Shown in pieces: positions 19,594 to 30,171 of a stretch of 34,914 bases of DNA. Position numbers and translations under genes: made by a program. Origin of the DNA: Spirochaetales bacterium (GTDB lineage: Bacteria > Spirochaetota > Spirochaetia > DTKZ01). The stretch spans positions 1 through 34,914 of the forward strand of contig JAITGB010000182.1 in NCBI GenBank assembly GCA_031280945.1, given 5' to 3'. Each line of letters starts with the position of its first letter. Position 1 is the first letter of the stretch. Under the pieces are notes generated by a model. The model was not told the origin of the DNA. It did no database searches and was given only the letters and a program-made list of their open reading frames with translations.

Positions 19594-20064
19594 TCACCAC
19601 CTGTAATGCGAAAAAGCCTTGTTCGCCTCCGCCATACGGTGCGTATCTTCCTTCTTTTTGAAGGCCGTACCCGTACTATTGTAGGCATCCAAAAACTCCG
19701 CCCCCAGCTTCTGGCTCAGGGCCTTGCCGCTCCTCGCCCGCGCCGCAGCAATAAGCCAGCGCATGGCAAGAGCCTCCCGCCGCGACTCACGGATTTCCAC
19801 AGGAACCTGATACGTCGCACCCCCAACCCGCCGGGACTTGACCTCCACCACAGGCTTTACATTGTCCAGGGCCTTGAGAAAAACCTCAAGCTCCCCCTTG
19901 TCCGCCTTGCCCTTTAGAAAATCGAGGGCGCCGTAGAGAATAGCCGCGCTGATGGACTTCTTGCCGTCCAGCATCATACGGGTAATAAACTTGGAAACAA
20001 CCATATTGTTGTACCGCGAATCGGGAATCGTCTCCCTCTTGGCAACTACTTTTCGTCTGGGCAT
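19594..20064 (-). CDS. rpsG: 30S ribosomal protein S7
   Basis: [20 protein letters not shown]... [14 protein letters not shown]... HYRW. Confidence 0.98.
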   Translation of the reverse strand: MPRRKVVAKRETIPDSRYNNMVVSKFITRMMLDGKKSISAAILYGALDFLKGKADKGELEVFLKALDNVKPVVEVKSRRVGGATYQVPVEIRESRREALAMRWLIAAARARSGKALSQKLGAEFLDAYNSTGTAFKKKEDTHRMAEANKAFSHYRW

Positions 20065-20077
20065 AAATTCCCCTCAC

Positions 20078-20452
20078 CTACGCCTTCGGCCTTTTGGAAC
20101 CATACTTGGAACGGCTCTTGCGCCTGTCCTCCACGCCCAGGGTATCTTTCGTACCCCGCACGATATGGTACCTCACGCCCGGCAAATCCTTCACGCGCCC
20201 CCCCCGGATAAGAACAACAGAATGTTCCTGCAAATTATGACCAATGCCCGGAATATAGGCCGTAACCTCAATACTATTACTGAGGCGCACACGCGCAACC
20301 TTGCGCAAAGCCGAGTTCGGCTTTTTCGGAGTGATGGTCATCACCCTCGTGCAGACCCCCCTCTTTTGCGGACAGTTCATAAGCGCCGGAGACTTCGTCT
20401 TTGAATGTGAACTCCTCCGCCCCGTCCGAATCAACTGATTAATCGTCGGCAT
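20078..20452 (-). CDS. rpsL: 30S ribosomal protein S12
   Basis: [13 protein letters not shown]... [18 protein letters not shown]... [18 protein letters not shown]. Confidence 0.99.
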   Translation of the reverse strand: MPTINQLIRTGRRSSHSKTKSPALMNCPQKRGVCTRVMTITPKKPNSALRKVARVRLSNSIEVTAYIPGIGHNLQEHSVVLIRGGRVKDLPGVRYHIVRGTKDTLGVEDRRKSRSKYGSKRPKA

Positions 20453-20493
20453 ACAGAAAACAATCTCCTACAAAAATGCTGTGTAACTGAAAG

Positions 20494-20522
20494 AAAATAG
20501 CGGAAATTCTTTTTTGTGTCAA
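20494..20522 (-). promoter_or_regulatory. candidate rpsL-rpsG promoter
   Basis: Minus strand: GCTCTTGACAC with TTGACA at 20522-20517, a 17-nt spacer, then TATTTT at 20499-20494, about 40 nt upstream of the rpsL ATG. Confidence 0.55.
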
Positions 20523-20556
20523 GAGCGAAGAGCAAATTTTTTAAGAATTCGGATGT

Positions 20557-20709
20557 GGGCGCATTTTTTACGGCCTGCGGCCGTAAAAAACCGGGCTATC
20601 CGCTCCAATCCAGCGGATTTTGCAAAGCAAAATCCGCAAGGATTTCCGCTTCTATCCAGGCTGCATGGACGAGCAGCAATCCGTAAGGATTGCGACCAGT
20701 CCCTTGCGC
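20557..20709 (+). repeat. structured intergenic repeat, copy 2 (long subfamily with extra hairpin module)
   Basis: GGGCGCA, then TTTTTTACGGCC-TGC-GGCCGTAAAAAA, then CCGGGCTATCCGCTCCAATCC, then GCGGATTTTGC-AAA-GCAAAATCCGC, then GGATTTCCGCTTCTATCC. An insert follows that contains GCAATCC-GTAA-GGATTGC, and then CTTGCGC. Confidence 0.9.
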
Positions 20710-20717
20710 GGCGACAC

Positions 20718-20749
20718 GGCTTCCCCGAACGGGGAAGCCACGTCTTTTT
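20718..20749 (+). terminator. terminator-like hairpin on the plus strand, 9 nt after repeat copy 2
   Basis: GGCTTCCCC-GAAC-GGGGAAGCC followed by ACGTCTTTTTC. There is no plus-strand CDS upstream that it could terminate. Confidence 0.55.
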
Positions 20750-20884
20750 CATTTACACGCTAGCCCGAAAGCCGTATACTAGTCTTATATATGAAGATTC
20801 CCGCGAAAGCCAGCCGGAAAACCGCCTGTTTACAATCTTCTTCCGGTTTTTTCAAAGAATTTTCACATAATTTTCAAAAAACGC

Positions 20885-20913
20885 TTGCCAAAAAGAAAGA
20901 ATTTATATATAAT
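20885..20913 (+). promoter_or_regulatory. promoter of the Fur-family regulator / rubrerythrin module
   Basis: TTGCCA (20885-20890), exactly 17 nt, then a perfect TATAAT (20908-20913), 38 nt before the ATG. Confidence 0.65.
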
Positions 20914-20932
20914 AGTAATAGTTATTATTATT
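20911..20932. promoter_or_regulatory. AT-rich palindromic operator candidate (Fur/PerR-box-like)
   Basis: AATAGTAATA-GT-TATTATTATT, with 9 of 10 positions complementary. It overlaps the -10 hexamer and the expected +1, and runs into an (ATT)4 tract. Confidence 0.5.
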
Positions 20933-20951
20933 ATTTTGAGGAAAAGAGAAG

Positions 20952-21344
20952 ATGATGCCAGGAAAGAAGCACAGTAAAAAACGGGACGCAATCCTGCGGG
21001 CCATACAATCAACCCAGCTTCATCCGGGAGCCCAGTGGGTGTACGACACCCTCAAGCCTGAGATTCCCGGCCTGTCCCTGGGCACCGTGTACCGGAACAT
21101 CAGCCTTTTCCTGAAAGAAGGAGAAGTGGTGTCGGTCGGAGTTGTTGGCGGCGAGGAGAGGTTTGACGGCCGCGTTGAGCCCCACCCCCACGCGGTGTGC
21201 CTCCGGTGCGGCAGCGTTACGGATATTCCCGGCATAGATGACGCGGCGCGGAACCTTCTCGCACACGGCGGGGCCCCCAAGGGCTTTCGCATCGATTACA
21301 CAAAGACTGTTTTCTATGGTCTTTGCGGAGCCTGCTCCTCATGA
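20952..21344 (+). CDS. Fur-family transcriptional regulator (PerR-like, by context)
   Basis: 130 aa. The winged-helix part is RDAILRAIQSTQLHPGAQWVYDTLKPEIPGLSLGTVYRNISLFLKEG. HPHAVCLRCG ... GLCGACS gives the CxxC..CxxC structural Zn site typical of Fur/PerR/Zur. It is adjacent to rubrerythrin. Confidence 0.85.
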   Translation: MMPGKKHSKKRDAILRAIQSTQLHPGAQWVYDTLKPEIPGLSLGTVYRNISLFLKEGEVVSVGVVGGEERFDGRVEPHPHAVCLRCGSVTDIPGIDDAARNLLAHGGAPKGFRIDYTKTVFYGLCGACSS

Positions 21345-21412
21345 GAAAGGCCCCCTGCATTAGGTAATTCCCGCGGCCCTGCCGCGGATATAATTTTTTT
21401 GGAGGTATCGTT

Positions 21413-21955
21413 ATGAAAAAATGGGTTTGTTCAGTCTGCGGCTATGTTCACACCGGAGACAAAGCGCCGGACGCTTGTCCGCAGTGCAAAGCCCCCGCGG
21501 CCAAGTTCAAGGAACAGGTAGCCGGAGAAACTTTTGCGGCGGAACACGTTGTCGGCGTTGCAAAGGATGTGGAAAACGACATCAAGAGCGACCTGCAGGC
21601 TCACTTTAACGGTGAGTGCTGCGAAGTGGGCATGTACCTGGCCATGAGCCGTGTCGCCGAGCGCGAGGGTTATCCCGAAGTTGCGGAAGCCTACAAGCGC
21701 TACGCTTTTGAGGAAGCCGAACACGCCGCGAAATTCGCGGAGCTTTTGGGCGAGGTAATTACCGCCAGCACAAAGAAGAACCTGGAACTGCGCATTGAGG
21801 CTGAACACGGCGCCTGTGCGGGAAAAACCGACATCGCCAAGCGCGCCAAAGAAAAAGGCTACGACGCCATTCACGACACCGTGCATGAAATGGCCCGTGA
21901 CGAAGCCCGGCACTGCTCGGGATTCAAAGGTCTTTTGAAAAGGTATTTCGCCTGA
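21413..21955 (+). CDS. rbr: reverse rubrerythrin (N-terminal rubredoxin-like Cys4 domain, C-terminal diiron four-helix bundle)
   Basis: [15 protein letters not shown] lies at the N-terminus. The diiron ligand motifs follow: [31 protein letters not shown]. Confidence 0.9.
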   Translation: MKKWVCSVCGYVHTGDKAPDACPQCKAPAAKFKEQVAGETFAAEHVVGVAKDVENDIKSDLQAHFNGECCEVGMYLAMSRVAEREGYPEVAEAYKRYAFEEAEHAAKFAELLGEVITASTKKNLELRIEAEHGACAGKTDIAKRAKEKGYDAIHDTVHEMARDEARHCSGFKGLLKRYFA

Positions 21956-22007
21956 AAGTCAGACTATTTTTTTGAAAGTAAAAAAGTTTTTGTTGTAAAA
22001 AAGTGAG

Positions 22008-22046
22008 AAAAAAGCGCGGGGCCCTGTTTGGGCCCCGCGTGAATTT
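22008..22046. terminator. bidirectional intrinsic terminator shared by rbr (+) and rpoC (-)
   Basis: CGCGGGGCCC-TGTTT-GGGCCCCGCG (10-bp GC stem, 22015-22039). An A-run on its left gives CTTTTTTCTC on the minus strand, and T-rich TGAATTTGTTTTC lies on its right. Confidence 0.8.
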
Positions 22047-22088
22047 GTTTTCGCTTTATGCGTACTGTAATGGTTTCTGTCCGCCCGT

Positions 22089-22209
22089 GGGGCGCAAGGG
22101 ATAGAAGCGGAAATCCCGCAGAAATCGCCGCAGGCGATTTTGAGGAATTGGAGCGGATAGCCCGGCCCTGTCCTTTTTCGCCGGGGCGGAAAAGGGCGGG
22201 GGTGCGCAC
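22089..22209 (-). repeat. structured intergenic repeat, copy 3 (short subfamily), between the rpoC stop and its terminator
   Basis: The reverse complement reads GTGCGCA, CCTTTTCCGCC-CC-GGCGAAAAAGG, CCGGGCTATCCGCTCCAATTCC, AAATCGCC-TGC-GGCGATTT, GGATTTCCGCTTCTATCC, CTTGCGCCCC. Confidence 0.9.
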
Positions 22210-22233
22210 AAATTCACTTCCCGAAAATTCTTT

Positions 22234-25200
22234 CTACTCGTCCTCAGAGTCGTCGTAATCGGCTGCCTCGGCAGGCGCGCCTTCCTGGACGTTCTGCAAA
22301 ACTTCTTCCCGCATAAGCAGTTCCGCATCTTCGCGCTCTTTGCGTTTGGCTTCGAGGATAATCTGCATCTGCGTGTCGAGGTCTTCTTCGTTCTCGTCGT
22401 AGAGCTTCAAGGCGCGGTACTTTCTCATGCCTGTACCCGCGGGGATGGGGTGGCCGATGATGACGTTTTCCTTGAGGCCGCGCAGGTAATCGGTGCTGCC
22501 GGCTATGGCCGCGTTGGTAAGAACGCGGGTTGTCTCCTGAAAGGACGCTGCGGAGAAGAACGAGTCGATGTTGAGCGAGGCCCGCGTGATTCCCAAAAGG
22601 AGCGGGCGGCCTATCGCGGGCTGGCCGCCTTCGCGCACGACTTTCGCGTTTTCTTCGTGGAAGCGGTGTTTGTCTACGTGCTGGCCGAAGATAAAGTTCG
22701 TGTCGCCCACAGAGGTGATTTCCACTTTGCGCATCATCTGGCGCACGATAACGCCTATGTGTTTGTCGTCTATGCCGACGCCCTGGAGCCTGTAGACTTC
22801 CTGCACTTCGTTCATCATAAAACTCTGGAGGGCGTTTTCGCCCAGGATTTGCAGTATGTCGTGCGGGTCCATACTGCCGTCGCACAGGGGTTCGCCCGCT
22901 TCCACCGCATCTCCTTCGCGCACAAGGAGGTGGCGGCCCATGGGCACGAGGTGCTTAAACTCTTTGCCGAAGGCGTCTTCCACAACAATAACTCTTTTTG
23001 CCTTGACGATTCCCTTAAAGTGTACGACGCCGGATATTTGCGCGAGTATGGCCGCTGTTTTGGGCCGCCGCGCTTCAAAGAGTTCGCCGACACGGGGAAG
23101 TCCTCCGGTGATGTCCCGCGTTTTCACGCTTTCCTTCAGGAGTTTCGCTATAATGCGGCCCGCTTTGATTTTGTCGCCGTCATTTATGTTGAGGTACGAT
23201 GAGCCGGGAAGGTGGTACACGGCAAGCTCGTCGCCTTTTTTGTCCATGATGCGTATGCGGGGCTGGAGGCTTTCGCTTGTGTAGTCGGTAATTTTTTTCT
23301 CGATGTTTCCCGTGTCTTCGTTGATTTCTTCCTTGAGCGTTGTGCCCAGGATAATGTCGTCAAACTCTACGAGGCCGTCAAACTCTGCGATGATGGGTTC
23401 GCTAAAGGGGTCAAACGAGGCTATTGTCTGTTCGGCGGGAAGCACTTCGCCTACTTTAACGTGCAGGGTCGCTCCGTTTCGTACTTCTACTTTCTGTTCC
23501 TGCGCGATGAGGTAAATCCTGCTCCTGTCTTTGGCAACCAGGACGTACGCGTTGTGCCCTGAGTGAATCTCGCTTCCTTCCCTGCGCAGGACGTTCTGGC
23601 CTTTTACAACTTTGTCTCCGTCATGGAAGTGCAGGCGGTCGCCTTTCTGGAGTTCCAGGGATTCGAGGATGCGGCTTACCATGACGTAGCCCCGGCGGGT
23701 GAAGAGGTGTTCGCCGTTTTCCAGCGTTACGGTTGCCCCAAGAATTCCTTTGATAATAACCGGATATTTGAGGTAAATCTTGTTTTCTTCCGAGGCTTTT
23801 GTCGCGGCTCCTCCTATGTGGAAGGTTCTCATGGTAAGCTGTGTTCCCGGCTGTCCTATGGACTGCGCGGCGATGATGCCCACAGCTTCGCCTATTTCCA
23901 CGGTTTTGTTGGTGGCAAGATTCCGTCCGTAGCATTTTTTGCATACGCCGTACTGCGCTTCGCAGGTGAGTACGGTTCTTATGCGTACGCTTTCTATGCC
24001 GGCGGCTTCGATGATTTCCGCTTTTTCGTTGGTGATAAGCTGGTTTACGTCAACGATGACTTCGCCTGTTATGGGGTGCTTCACGCGCTCCAGGGTAAAA
24101 CGGCCTTCGATGCGGTCCGCGAGGGTTTCGACTATTTCTTCGCCGTCTTTCAGGGCCTGCATTTCAAGGCCGTTGATTGTGCCGCAGTCATCTTCGTTGA
24201 CAACAACGTCCTGCGCTATGTCCACGAGGCGGCGGGTGAGGTAGCCCGCGTCCGCTGTTTTGAGGGCTGTGTCCGCAAGACCCTTGCGCGCTCCGTTTGT
24301 TGAGATAAAAAACTCAATTACGGAAAGCCCTTCCTTGAAGTTGGAGCGGATGGGAAGCTCTATAATGTCTCCTGAGGGTTTTGCCATGAGGCCGCGCATA
24401 CCCGCAAGCTGGCGAATCTGGCTGCGCGAGCCGCGCGCTCCTGAGTTCGCCATCATGTACACGGGGTTAAAGCCGCCCTGGTCTTCCTTGAGTTCGCGCA
24501 TCATTTCGTTTGTAAGGTCTTCGTTGGTTTTGGACCAGACTTCGACAACGCGGTTGTAGCGTTCTTCCTGTGTGATGTGGCCGTGCTGGTACTGCTTTTG
24601 GATTTCGGCGACTTCGGCGTTGGCTTTTTCTATCATTTCCTTTTTAATGCCGGGAATAAGTACGTCTTCTACGCCTATGGTGGCGCCGAAAACCGTTGCG
24701 TATTTAAAGCCGAGGTCTTTAATCGCGTCGAGCATCTTTACGGTGATGTAGGAGCCCTGTTCTTCGTAGGCTTTTGCGATGATGTTTTTGATTTCCTTGT
24801 CGCCCAGGGTGTGGTTGATATAGCCGATTTCGTCGGGAAATTCCTCATTCATAATGAGGCGGCCCGCCGTGGTTTCAAGGAGCTTTCCCTTGTAGGGCAG
24901 TTTGATAAGGGCTCCGTACTCTATGGCGCCTGCGTCCAGCGCGAGAAGGACTTCTTCCGCTCCGCTGAATCTTTTTCCTTCGCCTTTTGCCCCGATTTTT
25001 TCTTTGGAGAGGTAGTACATGCCCAGAACAATGTCCTGCGAGGGGAAAACAACGGGTTTCCCGTTGGCGGGGTTCATGAGGTTTTTCGCGGAGAGCATGA
25101 GGGACCAGCACTCAATCTGGGCGGCCTGCGTCAGGGGAACGTGAACCGCCATTTGGTCTCCGTCAAAGTCCGCGTTAAAGGCGTGGCAGACCAAGGGGTG

Positions 25201-26514
25201 CAGCTTGATGGCCTTGCCGTCAACAAGCACGGGTTCAAACGCCTGAATTCCGAGGCGGTGCAGTGTGGGCGCTCGGTTTAAGAGAACAGGGTGTTCTTTT
25301 ACAACGTCGTCCAGAATCTGCCAGACTTCCGGGCTTTCAGTTTCAACGAGGGTTTTGGCTTTTTTGATGTTATAAACAACGTCTTTTTCAACGAGTTTTT
25401 TCATAATAAAGGGCTTGTAGAGTTCAAGAGCCATTTTTGTGGGAAGTCCGCACTGGTGGAGTTTTAACTCTGGCCCCACGACTATAACGGAGCGTCCTGA
25501 GTAGTCAACGCGCTTACCCAAAAGGTTCTGGCGAAAACGGCCCTGCTTTCCTTTGAGCATATCCGACAGGGATTTGAGGGGCCTGTTGGAAGCGCCTTTT
25601 ACAACCCTTTTCTTTTTGGAGTTGTCAAAGAGGGCGTCCACCGCTTCCTGAAGCATACGCTTTTCGTTGCGGATAATAATGTCGGGCGCGTTTAAGGCCA
25701 TGAGCCTTTTGAGGCGGTTATTTCTGTTAATAACGCGGCGGTAGAGGTCGTTGAGGTCGCTTGTGGCAAAACGGCCTCCGTCAAGCTGAACCATGGGCCT
25801 GAGTTCCGGCGGAATAACGGGCACAACGTCGAGAATCATCCATTCGGGTCTGTTGTCTGAATCGCGGAAATTTTCCACGATTTCTATGCGCTTTAAGAGG
25901 CGTTTATCGGCCTTGGCTCCCTTTCCTACCATTACAACGCGCAGCTCAGAGGAAAGGGCGTCAAGGTCAAGCCCTTCAAGAAGGACGCGAACCGCTTCGG
26001 CGCCTATGCCCGCGGTAAAAGACATTCCGTAGCGTTCCTTGGCCTCGTTGTAGTCTTCCTCCGTAAGGAGTTCCATTTTCTTCAGGTCGGTATCGCCCGG
26101 GTCAATAACAATATATTTTTCGTAGTAGAGTACCGAGCGCAAAGAGGCGATTGTGAGGTCAAGGAGGAGCCCCATGCGCGAGGGGACGGAGCGGTAATAC
26201 CAGATGTGCGAAACAGGAGAAGCGAGTTCTATGTGGCCCATTCTTTCGCGGCGCACTTTGAAGTGCGTAACTTCAACGCCGCAGCGGTCGCAGATTACGC
26301 CCTTGTAGCGTATCGATTTAAACTTGCCGCAGTAGCATTCCCATTCCTTTGTGGTGCCGAAGATGCGCTCGCAAAAGAGCCCGTCCTTTTCCGGCCTCAG
26401 GGTACGGTAATTGATTGTTTCAGGCTTCTTGACTTCTCCATAGCTCCACGCCCGGATTTTCTCCGGCGATGCGAGCTGAATCATAATGGAATCGAAATCC
26501 TGAATGTCTCTCAT
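22234..26514 (-). CDS. rpoC: DNA-directed RNA polymerase subunit beta'
   Basis: 1426 aa with [12 protein letters not shown] catalytic motif and an N-terminal Zn-finger [20 protein letters not shown]. Confidence 0.99.
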   Translation of the reverse strand: MRDIQDFDSIMIQLASPEKIRAWSYGEVKKPETINYRTLRPEKDGLFCERIFGTTKEWECYCGKFKSIRYKGVICDRCGVEVTHFKVRRERMGHIELASPVSHIWYYRSVPSRMGLLLDLTIASLRSVLYYEKYIVIDPGDTDLKKMELLTEEDYNEAKERYGMSFTAGIGAEAVRVLLEGLDLDALSSELRVVMVGKGAKADKRLLKRIEIVENFRDSDNRPEWMILDVVPVIPPELRPMVQLDGGRFATSDLNDLYRRVINRNNRLKRLMALNAPDIIIRNEKRMLQEAVDALFDNSKKKRVVKGASNRPLKSLSDMLKGKQGRFRQNLLGKRVDYSGRSVIVVGPELKLHQCGLPTKMALELYKPFIMKKLVEKDVVYNIKKAKTLVETESPEVWQILDDVVKEHPVLLNRAPTLHRLGIQAFEPVLVDGKAIKLHPLVCHAFNADFDGDQMAVHVPLTQAAQIECWSLMLSAKNLMNPANGKPVVFPSQDIVLGMYYLSKEKIGAKGEGKRFSGAEEVLLALDAGAIEYGALIKLPYKGKLLETTAGRLIMNEEFPDEIGYINHTLGDKEIKNIIAKAYEEQGSYITVKMLDAIKDLGFKYATVFGATIGVEDVLIPGIKKEMIEKANAEVAEIQKQYQHGHITQEERYNRVVEVWSKTNEDLTNEMMRELKEDQGGFNPVYMMANSGARGSRSQIRQLAGMRGLMAKPSGDIIELPIRSNFKEGLSVIEFFISTNGARKGLADTALKTADAGYLTRRLVDIAQDVVVNEDDCGTINGLEMQALKDGEEIVETLADRIEGRFTLERVKHPITGEVIVDVNQLITNEKAEIIEAAGIESVRIRTVLTCEAQYGVCKKCYGRNLATNKTVEIGEAVGIIAAQSIGQPGTQLTMRTFHIGGAATKASEENKIYLKYPVIIKGILGATVTLENGEHLFTRRGYVMVSRILESLELQKGDRLHFHDGDKVVKGQNVLRREGSEIHSGHNAYVLVAKDRSRIYLIAQEQKVEVRNGATLHVKVGEVLPAEQTIASFDPFSEPIIAEFDGLVEFDDIILGTTLKEEINEDTGNIEKKITDYTSESLQPRIRIMDKKGDELAVYHLPGSSYLNINDGDKIKAGRIIAKLLKESVKTRDITGGLPRVGELFEARRPKTAAILAQISGVVHFKGIVKAKRVIVVEDAFGKEFKHLVPMGRHLLVREGDAVEAGEPLCDGSMDPHDILQILGENALQSFMMNEVQEVYRLQGVGIDDKHIGVIVRQMMRKVEITSVGDTNFIFGQHVDKHRFHEENAKVVREGGQPAIGRPLLLGITRASLNIDSFFSAASFQETTRVLTNAAIAGSTDYLRGLKENVIIGHPIPAGTGMRKYRALKLYDENEEDLDTQMQIILEAKRKEREDAELLMREEVLQNVQEGAPAEAADYDDSEDE

Positions 26515-26529
26515 AAAATCTACGCCTCC

Positions 26530-29500
26530 CTAGAAATTGCTTCCCTGCCGGTTGATGAGTTCCTCGTCCCTCTCCGTGAGCGGGATGGATTTTCCCTTCG
26601 AGTCCCGTATGCTTATATCAAGGGCAAGGCCCCGGAGTTCCTGCACGAGAACGTTAAAGGATTCGGGAACACCCGCCGCGGTGGAGGGCTCTCCCTTGAC
26701 AATGCTTTCGTAAATTTTTGCGCGGCCCGTCATGTCGTCAGACTTGATTGTGAGAAGCTCCTGTAGGGTGTTGGCCGCGCCGTATGCTTCAAGGGCCCAG
26801 ACTTCCATTTCTCCCAGCCTCTGTCCGCCGAACTGGGCTTTGCCCCCCAGGGGCTGCTGGGTAACAAGAGAATACGGGCCTGTTGAGCGGGCGTGCATCT
26901 TGTCGTCCACAAGGTGGTGGAGTTTGAGCATATACATACAGCCTACCATAACGGGATTCTTGAAAGGCTCGCCCGTGCGTCCATCGTACAATACGGTCTT
27001 TGACCCCGGCGGAAGTTCCGCTGATTTTAGGTAGGAAGCGATTTCCTCATTGCTGGCGGATTCAAAAACAGGGGTGGCGTACCACTCGTCCTTCCACAGT
27101 GCGGCCCAGCCCAGCATGGTTTCAAGGAGCTGGCCCAGGTTCATGCGGGAAGGAACGCCCAGAGGGTTAAGGCAGATTTCAAGGGGAGTGCCGTCCGCCA
27201 TGTAGGGCATATCTTCCTCAGGAAGAACCCGCGCGATAACGCCCTTGTTACCGTGGCGGCCTGCCATTTTGTCGCCTTCCTGCAGTTTGCGCTTGGTGGC
27301 GATGAGAACCTTTACAACCTCATCAACCCCGGGAGAGAGGTCATCTCCCTCGGAGCGGCGCAGACGCTGAACGTCAATTACCGTGCCTTCTGTGCCGTGG
27401 GGAATCCTTAAAGAGGTGTCGCGCACGTCTTTGGCCTTTTCGCCGAAAATCGAGTTGAGGAGTTTAAACTCAGGCGTTGTTTCGGTTTCGCTTTTGGGTG
27501 TTACCTTTCCCACCAGAATAGAGCCGGATTTTACCTTCGCTCCTATGCGTATGATGCCTTCCTCGTCGAGCTGGTCGAGGGCTTTTTCGCCTATGTTGGG
27601 AATGTCGCGGGTAATTTTTTCCGGCCCCAGCTTTGTTTCCCGTACGTCAATCTGGAATTCCTTGATATGGACGGAGGTAAAAATATCCTCTTTGACGATT
27701 TTTTCCGAGATGAGGATTGCGTCTTCGTAGTTGTAGCCGTTCCAGGGTACAAAGCCCACAAGGACGTTGCGCCCCAGAGCAAGCTCTCCCTTGAAGGTGG
27801 CGGGCCCGTCCGCTATGACGTCTCCCCGTTTAAGTTTTTGGCCCGGCTTCACGACAGGTTTCTGAATGTAGCAGGTGTCCTGATTCGTGCGCTGGTACTT
27901 CTGGAGGAGAAACTCGTCCTTGTCGCCGGAGCCCATGGGCTTGGCCGGTTTTATGACTATACGGGTTGAGGAGACATACTCCACAACTCCGTCCCGCTTT
28001 GCCTTGACGAAAACGCCGGAATCGTAGGCGCATTTTGTTTCCATACCGGTTCCCACGCGGGGGGGTTCGGGGAACACGAGGGGCACGGCCTGCCTCTGCA
28101 TATTTGAACCCATGAGGGCGCGGTTCGCGTCGTCGTGCTCCAGAAAGGGAATAAGAGAGGCGGACACGGATATAATCTGCTTGGGAGACACGTCCATGTA
28201 CTGGATTTCCTTGGGCAGGCGGGTGTGATAATCCCCTGCCCTGCGCACGGAAACCTGGTCGTTCAAAAAATTTCCTTTGCCGTCTATGGGCGCGTTGGCC
28301 TGGGCGATGCAGTATTTTTCTTCGTCCATTGCGGAGAGGTACTCGATGCTGGTTGTAACCTTGCCGTTCTCCACCTTGCGGTAGGGGGTTTCAAGAAAGC
28401 CGTAGTCGTTAACCTGAGTGTAGTTTGCAAGAGAAACAATAAGGCCGATGTTCGGGCCTTCGGGCGTTTCTATGGGGCACATACGCCCGTAGTGGGTGTA
28501 GTGAACATCGCGCACCTCAATGCCCGCCCTGTCGCGGGAAAGGCCGCCGGGCCCCAGGGCGTTGAGCCGTCTTTTGTGCGTGAGTTCCGCGAGGGGATTA
28601 ACCTGGTCCATAAACTGGGAAAGCTGGCTTGAACCGAAAAATTCTTTGATAGCCGCCACAACGGGCTTTATGGAAACCAGGTCCTGCGGCTTGATTGTTT
28701 CCGTCTCTTTGAGGGACATCCTCTCCTTGGCGATTCTCTCCATGCGGGAAAAGGCTGTCTTGAGCTGGTTCGCAAGAAGCTCTCCTACGGAGCGGACGCG
28801 GCGGTTTCCCAGGTGGTCAATGTCGTCCACATTGGCGTCTCCTATGTATACCTTGATGAGGTACTTCATGGTATTTACGATGTCGTCCTTCGTCAGGAGG
28901 TGCGAATTATCGGGCTTTTTGTAGTCGAACTTTTTATTGAGTTTGTAGCGGCCTACCCGTCCCAGGTCGTAGCGGCGGGCGCTGAAAAACATGGAGTTAA
29001 AATCCTTTTCGGCGCTCTCAACAGTAATGGGTTCGCCCGGCATGATAACGGCGTACACCTGGGAGAGGGATTCTTCCTTTGTGGGCTCACCCGTGCCGCT
29101 CTCGTCGTGGCTGTACTTTGCATCCTCACGCTCAAAGCAGCGGAGAATAATCTGTGAATTGAGGGATGATTCATCCTCAAAATCAATGGCCGTAATCTGG
29201 CGCACCCCTGCCTGGAGAAGCTCGTCTATGGTGTGGGGATGCAGTTTTTCTCCCGCAGGGAGGAGGGTTTTTGTTCCTTCTTCGCCGGAAACAGAAACAG
29301 CTTTTGCGAGAATCCGGCCCGCAAGGTTTTCCTTTACTTCAGGAGTGTCCTTTACGGCGAGATTTTCTGTTTTATAAAACAGGGAAATGATTTTCTCCCT
29401 GCTGTCAAATCCGAGGGCGCGCAGAAAGAGCGTACCCAGAATACGTTTTTTTCTGTCAATTTTCGCGTAGATGAGTTCCTTTTTCTGGTCGATTTCAAAT

Positions 29501-30030
29501 TCGAGCCAGGAACCCCTGTAGGGAATAATGCGTGAGGAGTATACGCCTTTTTCGTGGGAAAAAATAACGCCGGGTGAGCGGTGAATCTGCGAAACAACAA
29601 CGCGTTCCGCTCCGTTTATGATAAAAGTGCCCCTGTCCGTCATAAGGGGCATATCGCCCATGTAAATTTCCTTCTGGCGGATTTCGCCGCTTTCGAGGAA
29701 TACCAGATTGATGCGGGCCTTGACGGGAACCGCGTAGGTGAGGCCCTTCTGCTTGCATTCGGATTCCGAGAGTTTGAGGTTGTCTTCTTCCAGAGTGTAG
29801 CGGTCGTACTCCAGCCGCATATCACCGTTCTGGCTCTCAATGGGAAAAACTGACTGAAAAACCTCTTCCAGCCCCTGGTTGTGCTGGGCCTCACCCTCCC
29901 GCAAACGCTCGCGCTGTAGGAATCTCTCGTACGAGGCAAGCTGAATATCTATGAGGTTGGGCAGCTCCATGACATCGGGCCGTTCTTTACCTACATAGAC
30001 CCTCTTGATAACGGTATTCCTGTCAAACAT
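26530..30030 (-). CDS. rpoB: DNA-directed RNA polymerase subunit beta
   Basis: [15 protein letters not shown]... with [13 protein letters not shown] and [32 protein letters not shown]. The start was set to the ATG at 30030 (GGGAGG 8 nt upstream); the track start at 30114 is 28 codons further up and lacks an SD. Confidence 0.97.
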   Translation of the reverse strand: MFDRNTVIKRVYVGKERPDVMELPNLIDIQLASYERFLQRERLREGEAQHNQGLEEVFQSVFPIESQNGDMRLEYDRYTLEEDNLKLSESECKQKGLTYAVPVKARINLVFLESGEIRQKEIYMGDMPLMTDRGTFIINGAERVVVSQIHRSPGVIFSHEKGVYSSRIIPYRGSWLEFEIDQKKELIYAKIDRKKRILGTLFLRALGFDSREKIISLFYKTENLAVKDTPEVKENLAGRILAKAVSVSGEEGTKTLLPAGEKLHPHTIDELLQAGVRQITAIDFEDESSLNSQIILRCFEREDAKYSHDESGTGEPTKEESLSQVYAVIMPGEPITVESAEKDFNSMFFSARRYDLGRVGRYKLNKKFDYKKPDNSHLLTKDDIVNTMKYLIKVYIGDANVDDIDHLGNRRVRSVGELLANQLKTAFSRMERIAKERMSLKETETIKPQDLVSIKPVVAAIKEFFGSSQLSQFMDQVNPLAELTHKRRLNALGPGGLSRDRAGIEVRDVHYTHYGRMCPIETPEGPNIGLIVSLANYTQVNDYGFLETPYRKVENGKVTTSIEYLSAMDEEKYCIAQANAPIDGKGNFLNDQVSVRRAGDYHTRLPKEIQYMDVSPKQIISVSASLIPFLEHDDANRALMGSNMQRQAVPLVFPEPPRVGTGMETKCAYDSGVFVKAKRDGVVEYVSSTRIVIKPAKPMGSGDKDEFLLQKYQRTNQDTCYIQKPVVKPGQKLKRGDVIADGPATFKGELALGRNVLVGFVPWNGYNYEDAILISEKIVKEDIFTSVHIKEFQIDVRETKLGPEKITRDIPNIGEKALDQLDEEGIIRIGAKVKSGSILVGKVTPKSETETTPEFKLLNSIFGEKAKDVRDTSLRIPHGTEGTVIDVQRLRRSEGDDLSPGVDEVVKVLIATKRKLQEGDKMAGRHGNKGVIARVLPEEDMPYMADGTPLEICLNPLGVPSRMNLGQLLETMLGWAALWKDEWYATPVFESASNEEIASYLKSAELPPGSKTVLYDGRTGEPFKNPVMVGCMYMLKLHHLVDDKMHARSTGPYSLVTQQPLGGKAQFGGQRLGEMEVWALEAYGAANTLQELLTIKSDDMTGRAKIYESIVKGEPSTAAGVPESFNVLVQELRGLALDISIRDSKGKSIPLTERDEELINRQGSNF

Positions 30031-30096
30031 TATTCGCGCCTCCCGGAAAATGCGCATCCCCGCCGCAGGGCGGCGAAGGGGCGCTGCTGTACAACA

Positions 30097-30124
30097 AAGA
30101 TACCCCGTTCGCACGAGGTATCTT
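30097..30124 (-). terminator. possible rplL-rpoB intergenic attenuator hairpin
   Basis: Minus strand: AAGATACC-(12-nt loop)-GGTATCTT followed by TGTTGT, a weak U-tract. It sits in the 141-nt rplL-rpoB spacer, where E. coli has a partial terminator. Confidence 0.3.
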
Positions 30125-30171
30125 CCGTGTAATAGAAATGAGTCAAACTAAACTGTCTCTCAACCGCGTTC

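Noticed and set aside
20791-20953. About 53-codon plus-strand ORF (MKIPAKASRKTAC...) upstream of the Fur-family gene
   Set aside because: It has no SD and runs through the perR promoter and operator and an AT-rich tract (NSNSYYYYF). It is most likely fortuitous.
20557-22209. Possibility that the repeated elements are a CRISPR array
   Set aside because: The copies are 100-165 nt long, internally hairpin-rich, in both orientations and kilobases apart with genes between them. There is no regular repeat-spacer periodicity and no cas genes in the window.
22244-22885. 213-aa R/P-rich minus-strand ORF
   Set aside because: It is an alternative frame inside the 3' end of rpoC with an extreme Arg/Pro composition, and it is not an independent gene.
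30031-30114. N-terminal extensions in the track ORFs (rpoB to 30114, rplP to 13944, rplN to 12901, rpsJ to 17903, rplK to 32353, rpsD to 6605, secE to 33201)
   Set aside because: The extensions overlap the preceding gene or tRNA-Trp and lack an SD. In each case a downstream start gives the family-typical N-terminus with a well-spaced SD.
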